A stretch of DNA of 64,000 nucleotides from Candidatus Thorarchaeota archaeon (GCA_020348985.1 CP070761.1:3065494-3129493); one strand, 5' to 3'; shown: positions 38,684 through 49,705, counted from the first letter of the stretch. Notes: generated from the letters alone by a model not told the origin. Translations and numbers: made by a program.

Positions 38684-39076
38684 GTGAACGAACTGACTAC
38701 ACTTCAATCAATCCAACTCGTTTGTCCAAACTGCAGCACTCAGCTTTCGATTGTATATCCTGCGTCAATATGCACTTGGCTCAATCCCGATATGGTTCGT
38801 CAATTGCTGACTCGTGAGGGCTTCTCTCAGCAATGCGAGGGATGTGGCAGTGCCATCCATCTGCAAGGACATATTCTTGTCAATGCTCCATCTGGCATGT
38901 TCTGGATGGACCTTGGACTGGACATGGAATCCAGGAGGAGAATCCTCTTTCAGAATCGTGTGATCGATGATAAGGGAAACGTCGTTCAATCGGGTCCTGA
39001 TGACAGGAACAGTGTGGCTGACAATGGGCAAGATACGCATGTACGTGATAGATCAGAACCTGACTACTACGTATAA
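38684..39076 (+). CDS. CpXC-like zinc-binding protein
   Basis: CPNC...SI...NPD...CEGCG. Confidence 0.65.
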   Translation: MNELTTLQSIQLVCPNCSTQLSIVYPASICTWLNPDMVRQLLTREGFSQQCEGCGSAIHLQGHILVNAPSGMFWMDLGLDMESRRRILFQNRVIDDKGNVVQSGPDDRNSVADNGQDTHVRDRSEPDYYV

Positions 39077-39106
39077 AGGCAATAACGTCGAGCGGACATC
39101 TCTGGC

Positions 39107-40978
39107 CTAGTCGTCTTCTCCGTAAATCATCTCATAGACGTCGATTGGGTCCTTATCTTCAACTTCTGGCCACAGTATGTGTTTCACCCTCCTAATCAGT
39201 CTGAAGAGGTTCTCGCTTTTCCAGAGGTAGAAGACCAACACGATGCCTAGAATCCAGAAGTAAACGAATCGATAACACAAAAGAATCACCCAAGAAGCCA
39301 GAAGACCAAGCAAGTGCCGCTTCTTGAATCTGAATTCTGCCCTGTCCGAGTAGGACAAATCCTTGTGGTCGAACAACAGCGCCAAAAAAGGTGATAGTGC
39401 AAGAAGATAGAATTTGTAGGATCCTCGCGGATAGAATAGCTGGATGCAAAGCACCGCGACAAGGCCCCAGACAAGCATGTGAGAGAAGAGAGTTCTGATG
39501 TTGCTTGGTGGATCATCCACTTTCGTAAGGGAGAATGTGCCATACACGAAAATGGCGCATGCAATTAGAAATACGTAGTTGATTAGGAGTACCGCGACGA
39601 AGTCAGTGAGCCATGTGGGGGCTCCAAGCCAAAGGAAGAACGTGTTGGCATGAACGGGCATCCAAAGATCAGGAATGAAGACGGTCAATCTATCAAGCGT
39701 ACCTGTGTTCCATAGAATCATTCTGCCAAGATAGGTAGAAGCATCAACCAAAAGAAATGGAATTGATACTAGACCAGCTACGAGACAGAAGATACCCGTA
39801 TGCGTCAGTGTGCTAATCAGTTTCTTCCTCACTCCAGAAACAGAATTCTGCTTAATCAGGTATACCGCAAGAAGAGGGAAGAAGACGACAGCAAACTGCT
39901 TGTACAGTGTGGCAATTGCGAGCGCTGCAATGGCATAGGGCCCCTTATTCCTCAATGCGAAGTAGTATGCGCCTACAATAAAGAAGACAAATGGAGTCGG
40001 ATTCAACCACATGAAGCTCCCGTACAATAGCGTGAACGGATTCAACAGATAGAGCATCATGGCGAAGATAGCACGTCTTTCATCTTCCGTGAGAATCACT
40101 GCAATTTTGTGGACGAAGATTGCCGTTCCTACATTGAACGAGAACAGGATAAAGCCGGGCAACCATGAAGGGACGTTTCCAAGAAGGCCAACGGTATAGA
40201 TCCAGAGCGGCGGGTAGATGTATACGGCCATTTCCACGGAATAGGGATATACTCCTTCCCACAGGCGAGGAACCCAAGACAAGTAGAAGAACTGATAGTC
40301 GTTGTAGAATTCGACATGGACAATCTCTAGGAAGATTGGAGGCAGACCAAGACTGTATGTAGAAAGCGTGAATGTACGCACAAAGAATAGAATGAGATTG
40401 AGTGCGACTCCCCCGACAAAGTATCGCTTCCATCCAGTAAGTGTCACGATTGCGCCAGCAAGAATAGTGAATGCGCCCGAAAACGCAATTGTTAGGGACA
40501 CGTAAAAGCTGCTCGGGAACATTGTGTAGTAATAGGTCCAGACTGATTGATTGGTGTTTGAGTTGCTGATAATCAAATGTAGTTCCACTCTGCCATCAGT
40601 TGATAGCTCAAGTGTTCCCCTTGGTTGATCAACCACTTCAAGGAGTGCCTCAATCTGATCCAGCGGAGTACCACTCTGGTACGCGCCATAGCCTAGTCTA
40701 TCAACTATGATTGCGGTGCAATTTGATTGGTCAGATTGGTCAAGGCCCATAACCTCTATCCCGAACGAGTAATCAGAAGGCCCAAATTCGAGGGCAATAG
40801 ATTCCACAACATCGCTACCTCCCTCGACATTGATTGCGAAGCCACCCCGGGAAGTTCCCGGAATGGAGAAGTGCCAAACCAGCCCTACAGCGAGAAGAAC
40901 GAATCCCACCAAATAGATCCCTTTGAGAAAGACTGTCCGTTCTGGAGGTTTCATGGTTGGCCATGGTGGGCCGCTCAA
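39107..40978 (-). CDS. GT-C-fold glycosyltransferase (GT87/PIG-M-like) with N-terminal extracytoplasmic beta domain
   Basis: YNDY, YIYPPL, LYLLNPF, ATLYKQF; more than 10 TM segments. Confidence 0.75.
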   Translation of the reverse strand: MSGPPWPTMKPPERTVFLKGIYLVGFVLLAVGLVWHFSIPGTSRGGFAINVEGGSDVVESIALEFGPSDYSFGIEVMGLDQSDQSNCTAIIVDRLGYGAYQSGTPLDQIEALLEVVDQPRGTLELSTDGRVELHLIISNSNTNQSVWTYYYTMFPSSFYVSLTIAFSGAFTILAGAIVTLTGWKRYFVGGVALNLILFFVRTFTLSTYSLGLPPIFLEIVHVEFYNDYQFFYLSWVPRLWEGVYPYSVEMAVYIYPPLWIYTVGLLGNVPSWLPGFILFSFNVGTAIFVHKIAVILTEDERRAIFAMMLYLLNPFTLLYGSFMWLNPTPFVFFIVGAYYFALRNKGPYAIAALAIATLYKQFAVVFFPLLAVYLIKQNSVSGVRKKLISTLTHTGIFCLVAGLVSIPFLLVDASTYLGRMILWNTGTLDRLTVFIPDLWMPVHANTFFLWLGAPTWLTDFVAVLLINYVFLIACAIFVYGTFSLTKVDDPPSNIRTLFSHMLVWGLVAVLCIQLFYPRGSYKFYLLALSPFLALLFDHKDLSYSDRAEFRFKKRHLLGLLASWVILLCYRFVYFWILGIVLVFYLWKSENLFRLIRRVKHILWPEVEDKDPIDVYEMIYGEDD

Positions 40979-41047
40979 CCCCCAATATTACGCTTCGGGT
41001 ACAATTTCTCAACTATTGCGCAAAAAGGCCGAATATAAGTGAGCGAA

Positions 41048-41623
41048 TCAAGACTTGGTTCCTTTCGGCAGGATTCCATACCTTTCGACGAATTCCGACT
41101 TCAGAATGTCCATTACCACAACATCATGACGCTCACCGTTTCGGTAGGCCATCTCACGAATCTTCCCCTGATTCTTGAATCCAATCTTCTCGTAGAACCT
41201 TATGGCACGCTCATTGAACGAAGCAACCCAGAGGTAGACACTATGCATGTCAAGAACTGAATATGCAAAATCAAGCAAGACGATTAAGGCATCCGATCCA
41301 AATCCTTCCCCCCAAACCGAAGGGTCAAGAATTCCTAGGATACCTATCTCACCGCTTCGACTCATCCAACTGATATTGGCAAGATTCACAAGACCAACGA
41401 GCTTGCCAGTCTCCTTCGATTCGATTCCGAAAGTGAATCCGCTCCGTTTGGTGTATGACTCGTTGGCGCTCTGAATGTAAGCCTTCATGTCTTCAAGGCT
41501 CGTTGGCAGCGGTGTTGGTAAATACTGTCGCAGGTTGTAGTTGTTCCAATGACGTAGGATGGTTTCTGCATCTTCCACGTCTAAGCGTCTCAAGCGCGTG
41601 AGCTTTCCTTCGTACATACCCAT
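41048..41623 (-). CDS. GNAT N-acetyltransferase (RimJ/RimL-like)
   Basis: WGEGFGSDA, FNERAIRFYEKIGF..G..RE. Confidence 0.92.
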   Translation of the reverse strand: MGMYEGKLTRLRRLDVEDAETILRHWNNYNLRQYLPTPLPTSLEDMKAYIQSANESYTKRSGFTFGIESKETGKLVGLVNLANISWMSRSGEIGILGILDPSVWGEGFGSDALIVLLDFAYSVLDMHSVYLWVASFNERAIRFYEKIGFKNQGKIREMAYRNGERHDVVVMDILKSEFVERYGILPKGTKS

Positions 41624-41718
41624 CAGTTAACGATTGTGCATCCGGTATAAAACGGGTCGGGAAGCGGCAGAATGAATCTGAATCAAATCCTGAACCTAGT
41701 CCTTGACTGTCTCAGTCA

Positions 41719-42696
41719 CTATTCGGCCATTTCCTCCTCTGCCTTCAGCGATATCGTCGCTAGGAAGAATCTGAGGCTTACTGCTAGCATGCCCAAGCCA
41801 AAAGCAGCCCCGAAGATTGTGGGAAATATCATGTCGAAGTAGACGAGCCCTAAGTAGACCAGTAGTAGGCCAATGCCGCCACCTACACCCAGGTGCAATA
41901 GTCCAGCCATAAGTGTCATAGCTCGATAGGCAAGTTTGCGTGGGAATTTGAGGCGGATTATCCTTCCGGAGGCACCATCAATGAGAGCATCGTAAGAACG
42001 GAGCGAGTAGCTATACTTGATATGCCAAACGGGGATGTGAACCAAGAAGACAGCCGGGACTTCTAGTTTCGCGTCAATATCGTATATCCGATCTACCTCT
42101 TTCATTGCTTCCTCTCTGAGAAGACCTCTCATCGATTCTTTTGCTGACTCTATCGCTACTGAGCGTTCCACTACTGTATGTTCTAGGCGACCCCCCATAT
42201 TCTTGACAACATCCTTGCTGAAGAATTCCTTACGTTTCGTGGGGATTACATATTGCATCAAAGGGCGTGGCACATTAGCAGCAGCCGGAACGAAGATGTC
42301 CTTCTCCATTTCCAGATGCCCTTTCTCTGAAACATCCGTCCAACCGAGCTCAGAAGCCGTGTCTCCTTCACCAAAATTGGGTTTCTTCTGGAACCCTGAA
42401 TAGTCTGCGATTGCCTCAACCTCAACAACCCAGAATGGCCAGTATACGAGTCTGCTGCTCTCTATTTCCGCCTTGGTCTCAAGCGCCTTTGGTACACCCA
42501 GCTGCTTGAGGGCCCAGCTCAACATCTTGTCCTTTGTCTCTTTGATACTAAACTGGAGCCTCATAACGTAGCTCTCTTTCAGGATCTCTCCAGTTCGAAC
42601 TTGCACAGTTGTTCCACAATATGGACAGACGGCAGTACTGCTGTTCTCTGGAACTTCGAACGGACCATCACAGTTTGGACATCGTAGATCAGTCAT
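41719..42696 (-). CDS. Zinc-ribbon protein with C-terminal TM pair
   Basis: CPNCDG...CPYCG, LVYWPFW, HIPVW..KY, IDGASG, 2 TM. Confidence 0.8.
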   Translation of the reverse strand: MTDLRCPNCDGPFEVPENSSTAVCPYCGTTVQVRTGEILKESYVMRLQFSIKETKDKMLSWALKQLGVPKALETKAEIESSRLVYWPFWVVEVEAIADYSGFQKKPNFGEGDTASELGWTDVSEKGHLEMEKDIFVPAAANVPRPLMQYVIPTKRKEFFSKDVVKNMGGRLEHTVVERSVAIESAKESMRGLLREEAMKEVDRIYDIDAKLEVPAVFLVHIPVWHIKYSYSLRSYDALIDGASGRIIRLKFPRKLAYRAMTLMAGLLHLGVGGGIGLLLVYLGLVYFDMIFPTIFGAAFGLGMLAVSLRFFLATISLKAEEEMAE

Positions 42697-43757
42697 CGTC
42701 TTCGCCTCCCCAGGCTACTGACAGAATCAGTGAAATCAAAAGCATCCTCGCGTTCTTTTCCACTGGCTGTCAGCGTGACTTCATATCTGAGCACATGACC
42801 CAAGAAGATCAAGCCGGCCACCCAGAGGAACGCTCCGCCCCCGAACAGAAGAACGGGGACCAGAAGCGCTTCGGAATCGGTGCTGCTTTGAAGGATTATT
42901 GCAGTCGCGTATGGCAGTGCTTGGAAGAGAAGAGCAGATGCGATGAACATGACTATGCTTGTCAACCATCTCTTCATTCTGTAGAGTTTCGTGACGGGTA
43001 GCTCACCAAGGATCACTTCCCCCGTCGCCCCTGAGACAGCCACGCGGAATGTCCCTCTCATGTAGTTATAACGGACCAACCAGTAAGGTGCATGCGTGTA
43101 TGAACGGTCAGTGACGTCCATGTTAATCCGGTAGTCGAAGAGTCGGTCGAGTTCTTCTTGGAGATGCACCCTATCCTCCTCAGACTTCCTATAGAGCGCT
43201 CTCGGGTTGGCGTCTTCCTCTCCGATCTCTGCATTTAGCACAGGGGCTTCAGTACTGCTTATGTCGAAGTCTTCGGTTGCGAGGCCCTGGAAGGTCTCTA
43301 TATATTCCTCAACGCCGAAAGTTGCAGCGTGCCTACGTGCTATAACCCAAATCTCAGCTTCTTCATTCTCACTACGTTCAATCTTCTTCCATACTGTGCG
43401 GTTTCCTCGCTTCTCTTTCTTTCCGCCAAGATGATATGTCTGGCAATTGCCGCGGACTCTGAAGAATGGAATCCATCGGAGGTCGGGAGTTTCGATTTCG
43501 ACCTGGTCCATGATGCCTCGCCCAACTGACTTCCCAGCGGCGAAGGAAAGCCACATCTTGACAACATCTACTACTTCATCTGGTGACAGCTTGTTGGGCA
43601 ACAAGAGATGCCTACCGATTTCGTCGCCGCCTACCGTGAAGGTGAATCCACAGTATGGGCACGTGGCTATGACATCATCGGCTCCCAAAGGGTACGGAGC
43701 ATTACACTTCTCGCAACGATACTGTTCTATGTCCTTCGTTTCACCATCAATGGCCAA
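42693..43757 (-). CDS. Zinc-ribbon protein with C-terminal TM pair (paralogue of downstream gene)
   Basis: CEKCNA...CPYCG, LRWIPFF, HAPYW..RY, VSGATG, 2 TM; ATGA overlap with the next gene. Confidence 0.8.
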   Translation of the reverse strand: MAIDGETKDIEQYRCEKCNAPYPLGADDVIATCPYCGFTFTVGGDEIGRHLLLPNKLSPDEVVDVVKMWLSFAAGKSVGRGIMDQVEIETPDLRWIPFFRVRGNCQTYHLGGKKEKRGNRTVWKKIERSENEEAEIWVIARRHAATFGVEEYIETFQGLATEDFDISSTEAPVLNAEIGEEDANPRALYRKSEEDRVHLQEELDRLFDYRINMDVTDRSYTHAPYWLVRYNYMRGTFRVAVSGATGEVILGELPVTKLYRMKRWLTSIVMFIASALLFQALPYATAIILQSSTDSEALLVPVLLFGGGAFLWVAGLIFLGHVLRYEVTLTASGKEREDAFDFTDSVSSLGRRRR

Positions 43758-43866
43758 AGTTGAAGCAACTCCAATCTCACGCGTTTATCACAGTAATCTG
43801 ACTGACTTATCAATCTCACTCATGTCCAATAGTGTAAGTCCAAGCCGATGGTGTGCTGCTCGGTTC

Positions 43867-46800
43867 TTAGCCAGCTGACGAAACAAAATCCTCGGCAAGA
43901 ATCTTGTCAAGTGTCTTAACGATGCGGTCGGCGTCGATCTTGGAGAAGACCAGAGAGGGTTTGATTATCAGAACATTGTGGTGGATTCCGTCAGAACCGA
44001 TCATAATCTGATTGTCCTTCATGCGCTCAGCAATGTACCTCGCCTCTTCGGCAGCGGGCTTCAATGAATCACGATCTCCTACTAGCTCAACGCCGATGAA
44101 AAGCCCAGAACCTCTGACATCACCAATGATGCTGTGCCTATCGCCCAATTGACTCAATTGCTCGATAAGATAACTTCCTGTGGAGTGAGCATTTTCCTGC
44201 AGTGCTTCTTCTTCGAGGACATCTAGAACAGTAAGTCCCACAGCACACGACACAGTATTGCCTCCTGTGGTGCTGAACCATTCCATACCCGCTCCAAGCG
44301 ATTCTGCTATCTCACGTGTAGTTATGACTGCACCAATGGGATGTCCATTGCCTATTGGTTTGCCAAGAGTGACTATGTCTGGAACGACACCCTGTGTCTC
44401 AAAACCCCAGAAGTGAGTTCCAACTCGTCCGAAACCAACTTGGACTTCATCCACAATGCAGATACCGCCTGCTTCTCGAACATGTCGAAACGCGCTCTTC
44501 AGGTACTGTTCTGGAAAAACAATCTGTCCTCCACAAGACATGATTGACTCACAAAGGAAGGCCGCAGGCTTCCTCCCACTTGCAGCCAGTTCATCGACTA
44601 TCTCCTTCAAATCTGTCGCGTACTTCTTTCCGGCTTCCGAGTCTGATCTTCGATAAGGTCCCCTGAATGTGTCTGGAATCCGCACCTTATGGACATGTGG
44701 TGGCATGCCTTTCCCACCAGGGCCCTCGGACTTGTACGGACTCAGACCAACCAAAGCTTCCGTGTTGCCATGATAGGCCCCTTCGATGACAATCATGTCC
44801 TCATTGCCCGTGTAGGCTCTGGCTAGTCTAAGTGCCAGCTCGTTTGCCTCGCTTCCGCTGTTCACGAAAAAGCAGATACTCAGTGGCATTGGGAACTTGG
44901 TACACAGCTTCTCAGCATACTCGACGAGTGCCTCATGTATGTAGCGTGTGTTGGTGTTTAGGACTGCCGCTTGCCTCTGCAATGCTTCGACGACTTTGGG
45001 GTGGCTGTGGCCAACAATCGGCACATTGTTTCTAGCGTCGAGGTATGCTCTGCCGTCCTTGTCGTAGAGATACTGCATGTATCCCTCTACAATCTCAATC
45101 GGCTCCTCGTACATAAGGCTGAGAGAACTACTCAGCCTCTGACTCCTGATATCCAAGATTTCGTCGCGGCCTAGCCTTTCAACTCGCACGGGCTTATCGG
45201 GGAGTCCAAGAATGACGTTGGGGTCCGGCGAAATGCTCTTCCAAAGCTGTCTCCGGTTTGGACTTGCGGCTCCGAAAAAGTCACCTTCTCTCCCAATCAT
45301 GTCAACAATGACCTGAAAGTGAAGATGTGATGGCCAGCCACCATTGGTCGGGTATTCGCCCACTTCTCCTATCTTGTCCCCTTTCCTGATCGAACTTCCT
45401 TTGACTAGGTTATCAATCGAGTCCAGAGAGAGATGAGCGTACAGAGTGTAGAACTTCAGATCAGAATTCTCGATGCTATGCTCAACAACAATCGTGGGAC
45501 CGTTGTCAAGTGGAGAGTCATTGTTTCTGAAACTGTGAATCGTTCCATCAAGCGGAGCAAATAGCGGTGTTCCGGATTCAAGAAACAGGTCAATAGCCAA
45601 GTGCACTGTCCTTGATTCGGGGCCATCGATTCCCATCAAAGAGTACTGATCTCCGGCATAGATGAGCCGGGCCTCGTCATATCGTCCGACACCATATTCC
45701 GCCAGTTCGTCTCTCAGCCGAGCCTCAATCATTCTGCTCCACTTCTCAATTTCCATCAGGTCGCCTAGGGTGCCAAATTCAGTGGAGCCTGCAGACAGGT
45801 CAAAGACCACATGAGGTGTCGAAGAAAGGTCAAAGTCAACGATAGACCCAATCTTCTTGCGGTTCTTCTTCAACCACTCAGTTACCTCGCTACTTTTCTG
45901 GCATGGAACGAGGTCACAAGCATCACGGAAGGTGTATGTAACAAGCCGCGGGTTTACTACTCTGAGCTTCTCGAGAGCCTCCCACGCCATCTCCTCACTT
46001 ATTCTGAGGTATTCGTTTTGGGGCTCCAACTTGCTTTGGTAGGCCGCAATGGCCACTGTCATTGTCAACCTTGTACAAATCATGTAGAAGAGAAGGTCGA
46101 TTTCATGTTCTTCTAAAGGAAACACTGAATGATAGCCCTTGACTACTTCCGCTGCAGCAGCGATTGGATCTGCATGACCAAGAACTGCGTAGGCAATCGC
46201 TATGGCCAGCTCGAAAACAGTGTGACTGAATACAAGGTCGCCGAAGTCGACTACACCAAACCGGGATCGATTGCCAGGTACAGCCCAATCAACTATGACA
46301 TTGTAATCATTGAAGTCATTGTGAACAACGCTCTTTCTCAAAGTCGATAGAGCCGGCTTGACTCTGTTTTCGTATTCACTAAGGAAGTGTTTGACGATTC
46401 CTTGCTGAACGGGGTCCCCTATATCCCCAACGTGTTTTGGGATTACTTGGTCCGCGTTCTTCATGTCCCAATATAAGTCCCTGTGAGCTGCAGGGTGTTT
46501 GAAATCTTGAAGCGCCTTCGTCACTGAACCTATGAATTCACCAAACTCACGGAGCAATTTCGTCGAATGAGGATTGACCTTTGCATACACTTTCCCAGGA
46601 ACATAACGAAGCAGTCTCACCATGTAGTGGTTTCCCTGTGGATCGTCGACAATCTCAATGTACCTGCCTTCCTTGCTTTTCGTGGGTGTTGGGCATAGCA
46701 TCAATCCTGTTTTGGCAACAATGTGGAGCATTGCGGAGTTTTGTGATTCGATTATGTCGCGTTCATCTGAAAGTGCTGAGAACTTCAGGACAAACTCCTC

Positions 46801-46953
46801 ACCCGAGTCTGTCCTTACGTAGTAGTTGCGGTCTCGCTCGCTTGGCAGTTCTCTCAAGTCGCCAACTGCAGAGAAAATGTCTTCTGCCACTTTGGCTGCT
46901 TCCTGTTTGTCGAACCGTGGGCGAAAGGCGTCTTTTGTTGACATGTGAGTCAT
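43867..46953 (-). CDS. Fusion of APH/hydroxylysine-kinase-like domain, M23-like domain and class III PLP aminotransferase/phospho-lyase
   Basis: [19 protein letters not shown]; HLAID, HLH; [29 protein letters not shown]. Confidence 0.92.
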   Translation of the reverse strand: MTHMSTKDAFRPRFDKQEAAKVAEDIFSAVGDLRELPSERDRNYYVRTDSGEEFVLKFSALSDERDIIESQNSAMLHIVAKTGLMLCPTPTKSKEGRYIEIVDDPQGNHYMVRLLRYVPGKVYAKVNPHSTKLLREFGEFIGSVTKALQDFKHPAAHRDLYWDMKNADQVIPKHVGDIGDPVQQGIVKHFLSEYENRVKPALSTLRKSVVHNDFNDYNVIVDWAVPGNRSRFGVVDFGDLVFSHTVFELAIAIAYAVLGHADPIAAAAEVVKGYHSVFPLEEHEIDLLFYMICTRLTMTVAIAAYQSKLEPQNEYLRISEEMAWEALEKLRVVNPRLVTYTFRDACDLVPCQKSSEVTEWLKKNRKKIGSIVDFDLSSTPHVVFDLSAGSTEFGTLGDLMEIEKWSRMIEARLRDELAEYGVGRYDEARLIYAGDQYSLMGIDGPESRTVHLAIDLFLESGTPLFAPLDGTIHSFRNNDSPLDNGPTIVVEHSIENSDLKFYTLYAHLSLDSIDNLVKGSSIRKGDKIGEVGEYPTNGGWPSHLHFQVIVDMIGREGDFFGAASPNRRQLWKSISPDPNVILGLPDKPVRVERLGRDEILDIRSQRLSSSLSLMYEEPIEIVEGYMQYLYDKDGRAYLDARNNVPIVGHSHPKVVEALQRQAAVLNTNTRYIHEALVEYAEKLCTKFPMPLSICFFVNSGSEANELALRLARAYTGNEDMIVIEGAYHGNTEALVGLSPYKSEGPGGKGMPPHVHKVRIPDTFRGPYRRSDSEAGKKYATDLKEIVDELAASGRKPAAFLCESIMSCGGQIVFPEQYLKSAFRHVREAGGICIVDEVQVGFGRVGTHFWGFETQGVVPDIVTLGKPIGNGHPIGAVITTREIAESLGAGMEWFSTTGGNTVSCAVGLTVLDVLEEEALQENAHSTGSYLIEQLSQLGDRHSIIGDVRGSGLFIGVELVGDRDSLKPAAEEARYIAERMKDNQIMIGSDGIHHNVLIIKPSLVFSKIDADRIVKTLDKILAEDFVSSAG

Positions 46954-47092
46954 CCCTCACGACTTATGAAAACAGGCACCAAGCGCTGATATCGTTTCTC
47001 CTCGGTCGGCTATCAATCACACCAGCTGACACTGATTGGCCAAAAGACTTCTATCTTGGGATTATAGTTCAGAATGCAGAGGAGAATGACAC

Positions 47093-47515
47093 ATGCCGTT
47101 TTTTGAGAGCACTGAGCAGTTCAAGGAAGTCTTCGACAGGTTCTGGGAACTCGCCATGGAGGAGACAGAGGTCATCGAAAAGCTAGGGAAATCCCAAATC
47201 GTTGTCAGATTCGACATCGAACAACCAGAAGTCCACTTAACCATCAACTTCCGAGACCCTGGTCCGGACGGTGAGATCGGGACATTGTCCTACAACGCAG
47301 ACGTTGAGCCGGAAATCACCGTCTGGTCAACTTCGGAAACCACCAACAAGTTCTGGCAGGGTAAGCTTAACGCAACTGTGGCCATGGCAAAGGGCCAGGT
47401 CAAAATGCAGGGATCTATTGCCAAGGCACTTGGATTGCTGTCCAAGATTAAGCCGCTCTATAAGTTCTGGCCCGAAGTCCTTAAGGAGAAAGGCTTGGAC
47501 AGCATGGTCTTGTGA
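47093..47515 (+). CDS. SCP2 sterol/lipid-binding domain protein
   Basis: PEIT, FWQGKLNATVAMAKGQVKMQGS. Confidence 0.88.
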   Translation: MPFFESTEQFKEVFDRFWELAMEETEVIEKLGKSQIVVRFDIEQPEVHLTINFRDPGPDGEIGTLSYNADVEPEITVWSTSETTNKFWQGKLNATVAMAKGQVKMQGSIAKALGLLSKIKPLYKFWPEVLKEKGLDSMVL

Positions 47516-47630
47516 CCAGCGTGACCAGGATCGTGCAACGACGGAGGTTCAGAAAGCAAAGTATATTAGCCTAGAATTGGGCCTTTAGCTTGTAAGACAA
47601 TATTAACCATTGTTAAACAGGTGAGATATC

Positions 47631-47849
47631 ATGGCTGAAGCAATCACAAAGACAATGACGATTGGAGAAGTCGTCGCGAAATGGCCCGAGACTGCAGCAG
47701 TGTTCCTCGAATGGGGTCTTCACTGCTACGGATGTGCAGTCGCCAGATACGAGAACATTGAGCAGGGTGCAACTGCCCATGGCATCCCGGCTGATGATCT
47801 GGTAAAGGCGTTGAACGAGGTTGTTGCCAAGACCTCAGCGACCGCATAA
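47631..47849 (+). CDS. DUF1858 (hybrid-cluster-associated redox disulfide) protein
   Basis: ITKTMTIGEVV..WPE, GLHCYGC, AHGI...LVKALN. Confidence 0.9.
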   Translation: MAEAITKTMTIGEVVAKWPETAAVFLEWGLHCYGCAVARYENIEQGATAHGIPADDLVKALNEVVAKTSATA

Positions 47850-47865
47850 GCCCAGAATGAGAAGC

Positions 47866-48705
47866 TCAGGTACGGCCGTATAGGCGGCCTGATTCTTCTT
47901 CCGTCATCTCGAAACTGTGAGTCTCATCCGGAAAGACGCCAGCTCTTACTTCTTCTGAGTATGCCTTCACTGCCTCAGAGATCACTGATCGAATGTCTGC
48001 ATACTTCTTCAAGAACTTCGGCTTGAAATCCTCGAAGAGACCCAGCATATCCCAGAGAACAAGGACCTGACCGTCGCAATATGGACCTGCGCCTATTCCG
48101 ATAGTAGGAATTCCTACTGACTCAGTGATCAGTTTGGCAGTCTCTGTTGGCACGAGCTCGATGACCATTGAGAAGGCTCCAGCCTCTTCGATTCTCTTCG
48201 CTTGCTCAACAAGGACCTCGGCACCATCTGCCGTCCGTCCTTGAACTCTATATCCGCCTAGTTCGTAGATTGACTGTGGGGTCAGTCCGATGTGGCCCAT
48301 AACAGGTATGCCAGCATCCACTACAGCAGCGATTTTGTCAACAACATCTCCGCCGCCCTCAATTTTCACAGCCTCAGCCCCTCCCTCTTGGAGCATCCTA
48401 CCGCAGTTCTCTAGAGCTTGGGTCTCGCTCACCTTGTAGGACATGAAGGGCATGTCACCAACAATCAGACTGTTGGGGCGAGCACGAGAGACCGCCTTGC
48501 AGTGATGAATCACATCATCTAGTGTAACAGGAATTGTACTCTCGTAGCCCAGTAGTGTATTTCCGACCGAATCGCCCACAAGGATGAGGTCTACGCCGCA
48601 GTCGCTTAGAATTCTGGCAGTAGGAGCGTCATATGCTGTTAGCATCACGATCTTCTTGCCCTTCTTCTTTTTTCCCCGGATTCTATAAGTAGTGACTCTG
48701 GCCAT
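47866..48705 (-). CDS. panB: 3-methyl-2-oxobutanoate hydroxymethyltransferase
   Basis: MLTAYD, LVGDS, GDMPF, AVKIEGG, GHIGLTPQ, IGIGAG, DGQVLV. Confidence 0.97.
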   Translation of the reverse strand: MARVTTYRIRGKKKKGKKIVMLTAYDAPTARILSDCGVDLILVGDSVGNTLLGYESTIPVTLDDVIHHCKAVSRARPNSLIVGDMPFMSYKVSETQALENCGRMLQEGGAEAVKIEGGGDVVDKIAAVVDAGIPVMGHIGLTPQSIYELGGYRVQGRTADGAEVLVEQAKRIEEAGAFSMVIELVPTETAKLITESVGIPTIGIGAGPYCDGQVLVLWDMLGLFEDFKPKFLKKYADIRSVISEAVKAYSEEVRAGVFPDETHSFEMTEEESGRLYGRT

Positions 48706-48874
48706 TATCGTTTCACTTCCCAGGTCCATGTCGGACCATCATATATAGAGTTCCCATCAGACAATGGTATGTCTGGGTATGGTATATATTTCCCATAGGA
48801 ATCAAGGCATTGAGATGCGTGTAAGCCTAGGTTTAGATGCGTTAGTTTTACCGGCATTTTGGGAGTGTGTCTTG

Positions 48875-49696
48875 GTGAAACCGAAAGTCGCAGTTGTGGA
48901 TGCGGATTCCTTCGGTGAAGCAGTAGACCTGATAGGCGGTTTAAGCGATCTGAACAATCAGGATAGAGATGTCATCGTGAAGGTCGGAATCTACAATGTT
49001 ACTACAGGAATCTGTTCAACAGTGAAGACTGTCAACTCAATTGTAGAATCTTTTGACGAGGTGCCAGCCATTCGCATAGCAGAGTCTGACAGTGGTGCAG
49101 GTCCGGGACTAGAGCGGTTGAAGTTATGGAATGAATGCTTCAACAGCAGGGTCACTCCATTCAATCTGTCAGATGATGAAACCAGGGAAGTCAGAGTTGC
49201 CGGGGAGACTGTTCCTTTTTCCAGTACTCTGCTCGGGCCAAAGACATTCATCAGCACACACGTACCAAGAAGGTATGAAGAGGCTGGACTCGAGGATCTC
49301 ATGAACCTTGGATCTATAATCAAAAACCTCCTGGGTCTTGTTCTCGACACGAAGAAGCACAGATTTCACGAAGAGCTTCCAAATGCTCTGCTAGATATGT
49401 ATGAAGCTTCAGGAGGCATAGACCTCGCAGTACTAGACGGAACCAAGGTCTACTTGGGCAAGAAGAAGGAGCGAGCCATTGCATCTCCAAATGTGTTAGT
49501 TGTGGGAAGGGATGCATTTGCTGTAGAAGCAGTAGGAATGCACCTTGTGGGGTTTGACCCTCTCGAAAACCCCGTACTTCTAGAAGCCAGAAGAAGAGGC
49601 TTGGGTGAAATCGATGTTGAGAATGTCGACATTATTGGTGACATCGAGACCCCACGAAGTCTGGTTCTTGAGGCCTTCAAAGACCTGTCTTCCTGA
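48875..49696 (+). CDS. DUF362-like protein
   Basis: VIVK, IAESD, IKNLLG, DLAVLDG, DAFAVEA...GFDP, GLGE; start chosen at GTG 48875. Confidence 0.78.
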   Translation: MKPKVAVVDADSFGEAVDLIGGLSDLNNQDRDVIVKVGIYNVTTGICSTVKTVNSIVESFDEVPAIRIAESDSGAGPGLERLKLWNECFNSRVTPFNLSDDETREVRVAGETVPFSSTLLGPKTFISTHVPRRYEEAGLEDLMNLGSIIKNLLGLVLDTKKHRFHEELPNALLDMYEASGGIDLAVLDGTKVYLGKKKERAIASPNVLVVGRDAFAVEAVGMHLVGFDPLENPVLLEARRRGLGEIDVENVDIIGDIETPRSLVLEAFKDLSS

Positions 49697-49705
49697 AGTA
49701 AATTA

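Noticed and set aside
46581-47186. 201-aa + strand ORF and the many other overlapping ORFs in the track
   Set aside because: They overlap well-supported genes in other frames and show no recognisable motifs.
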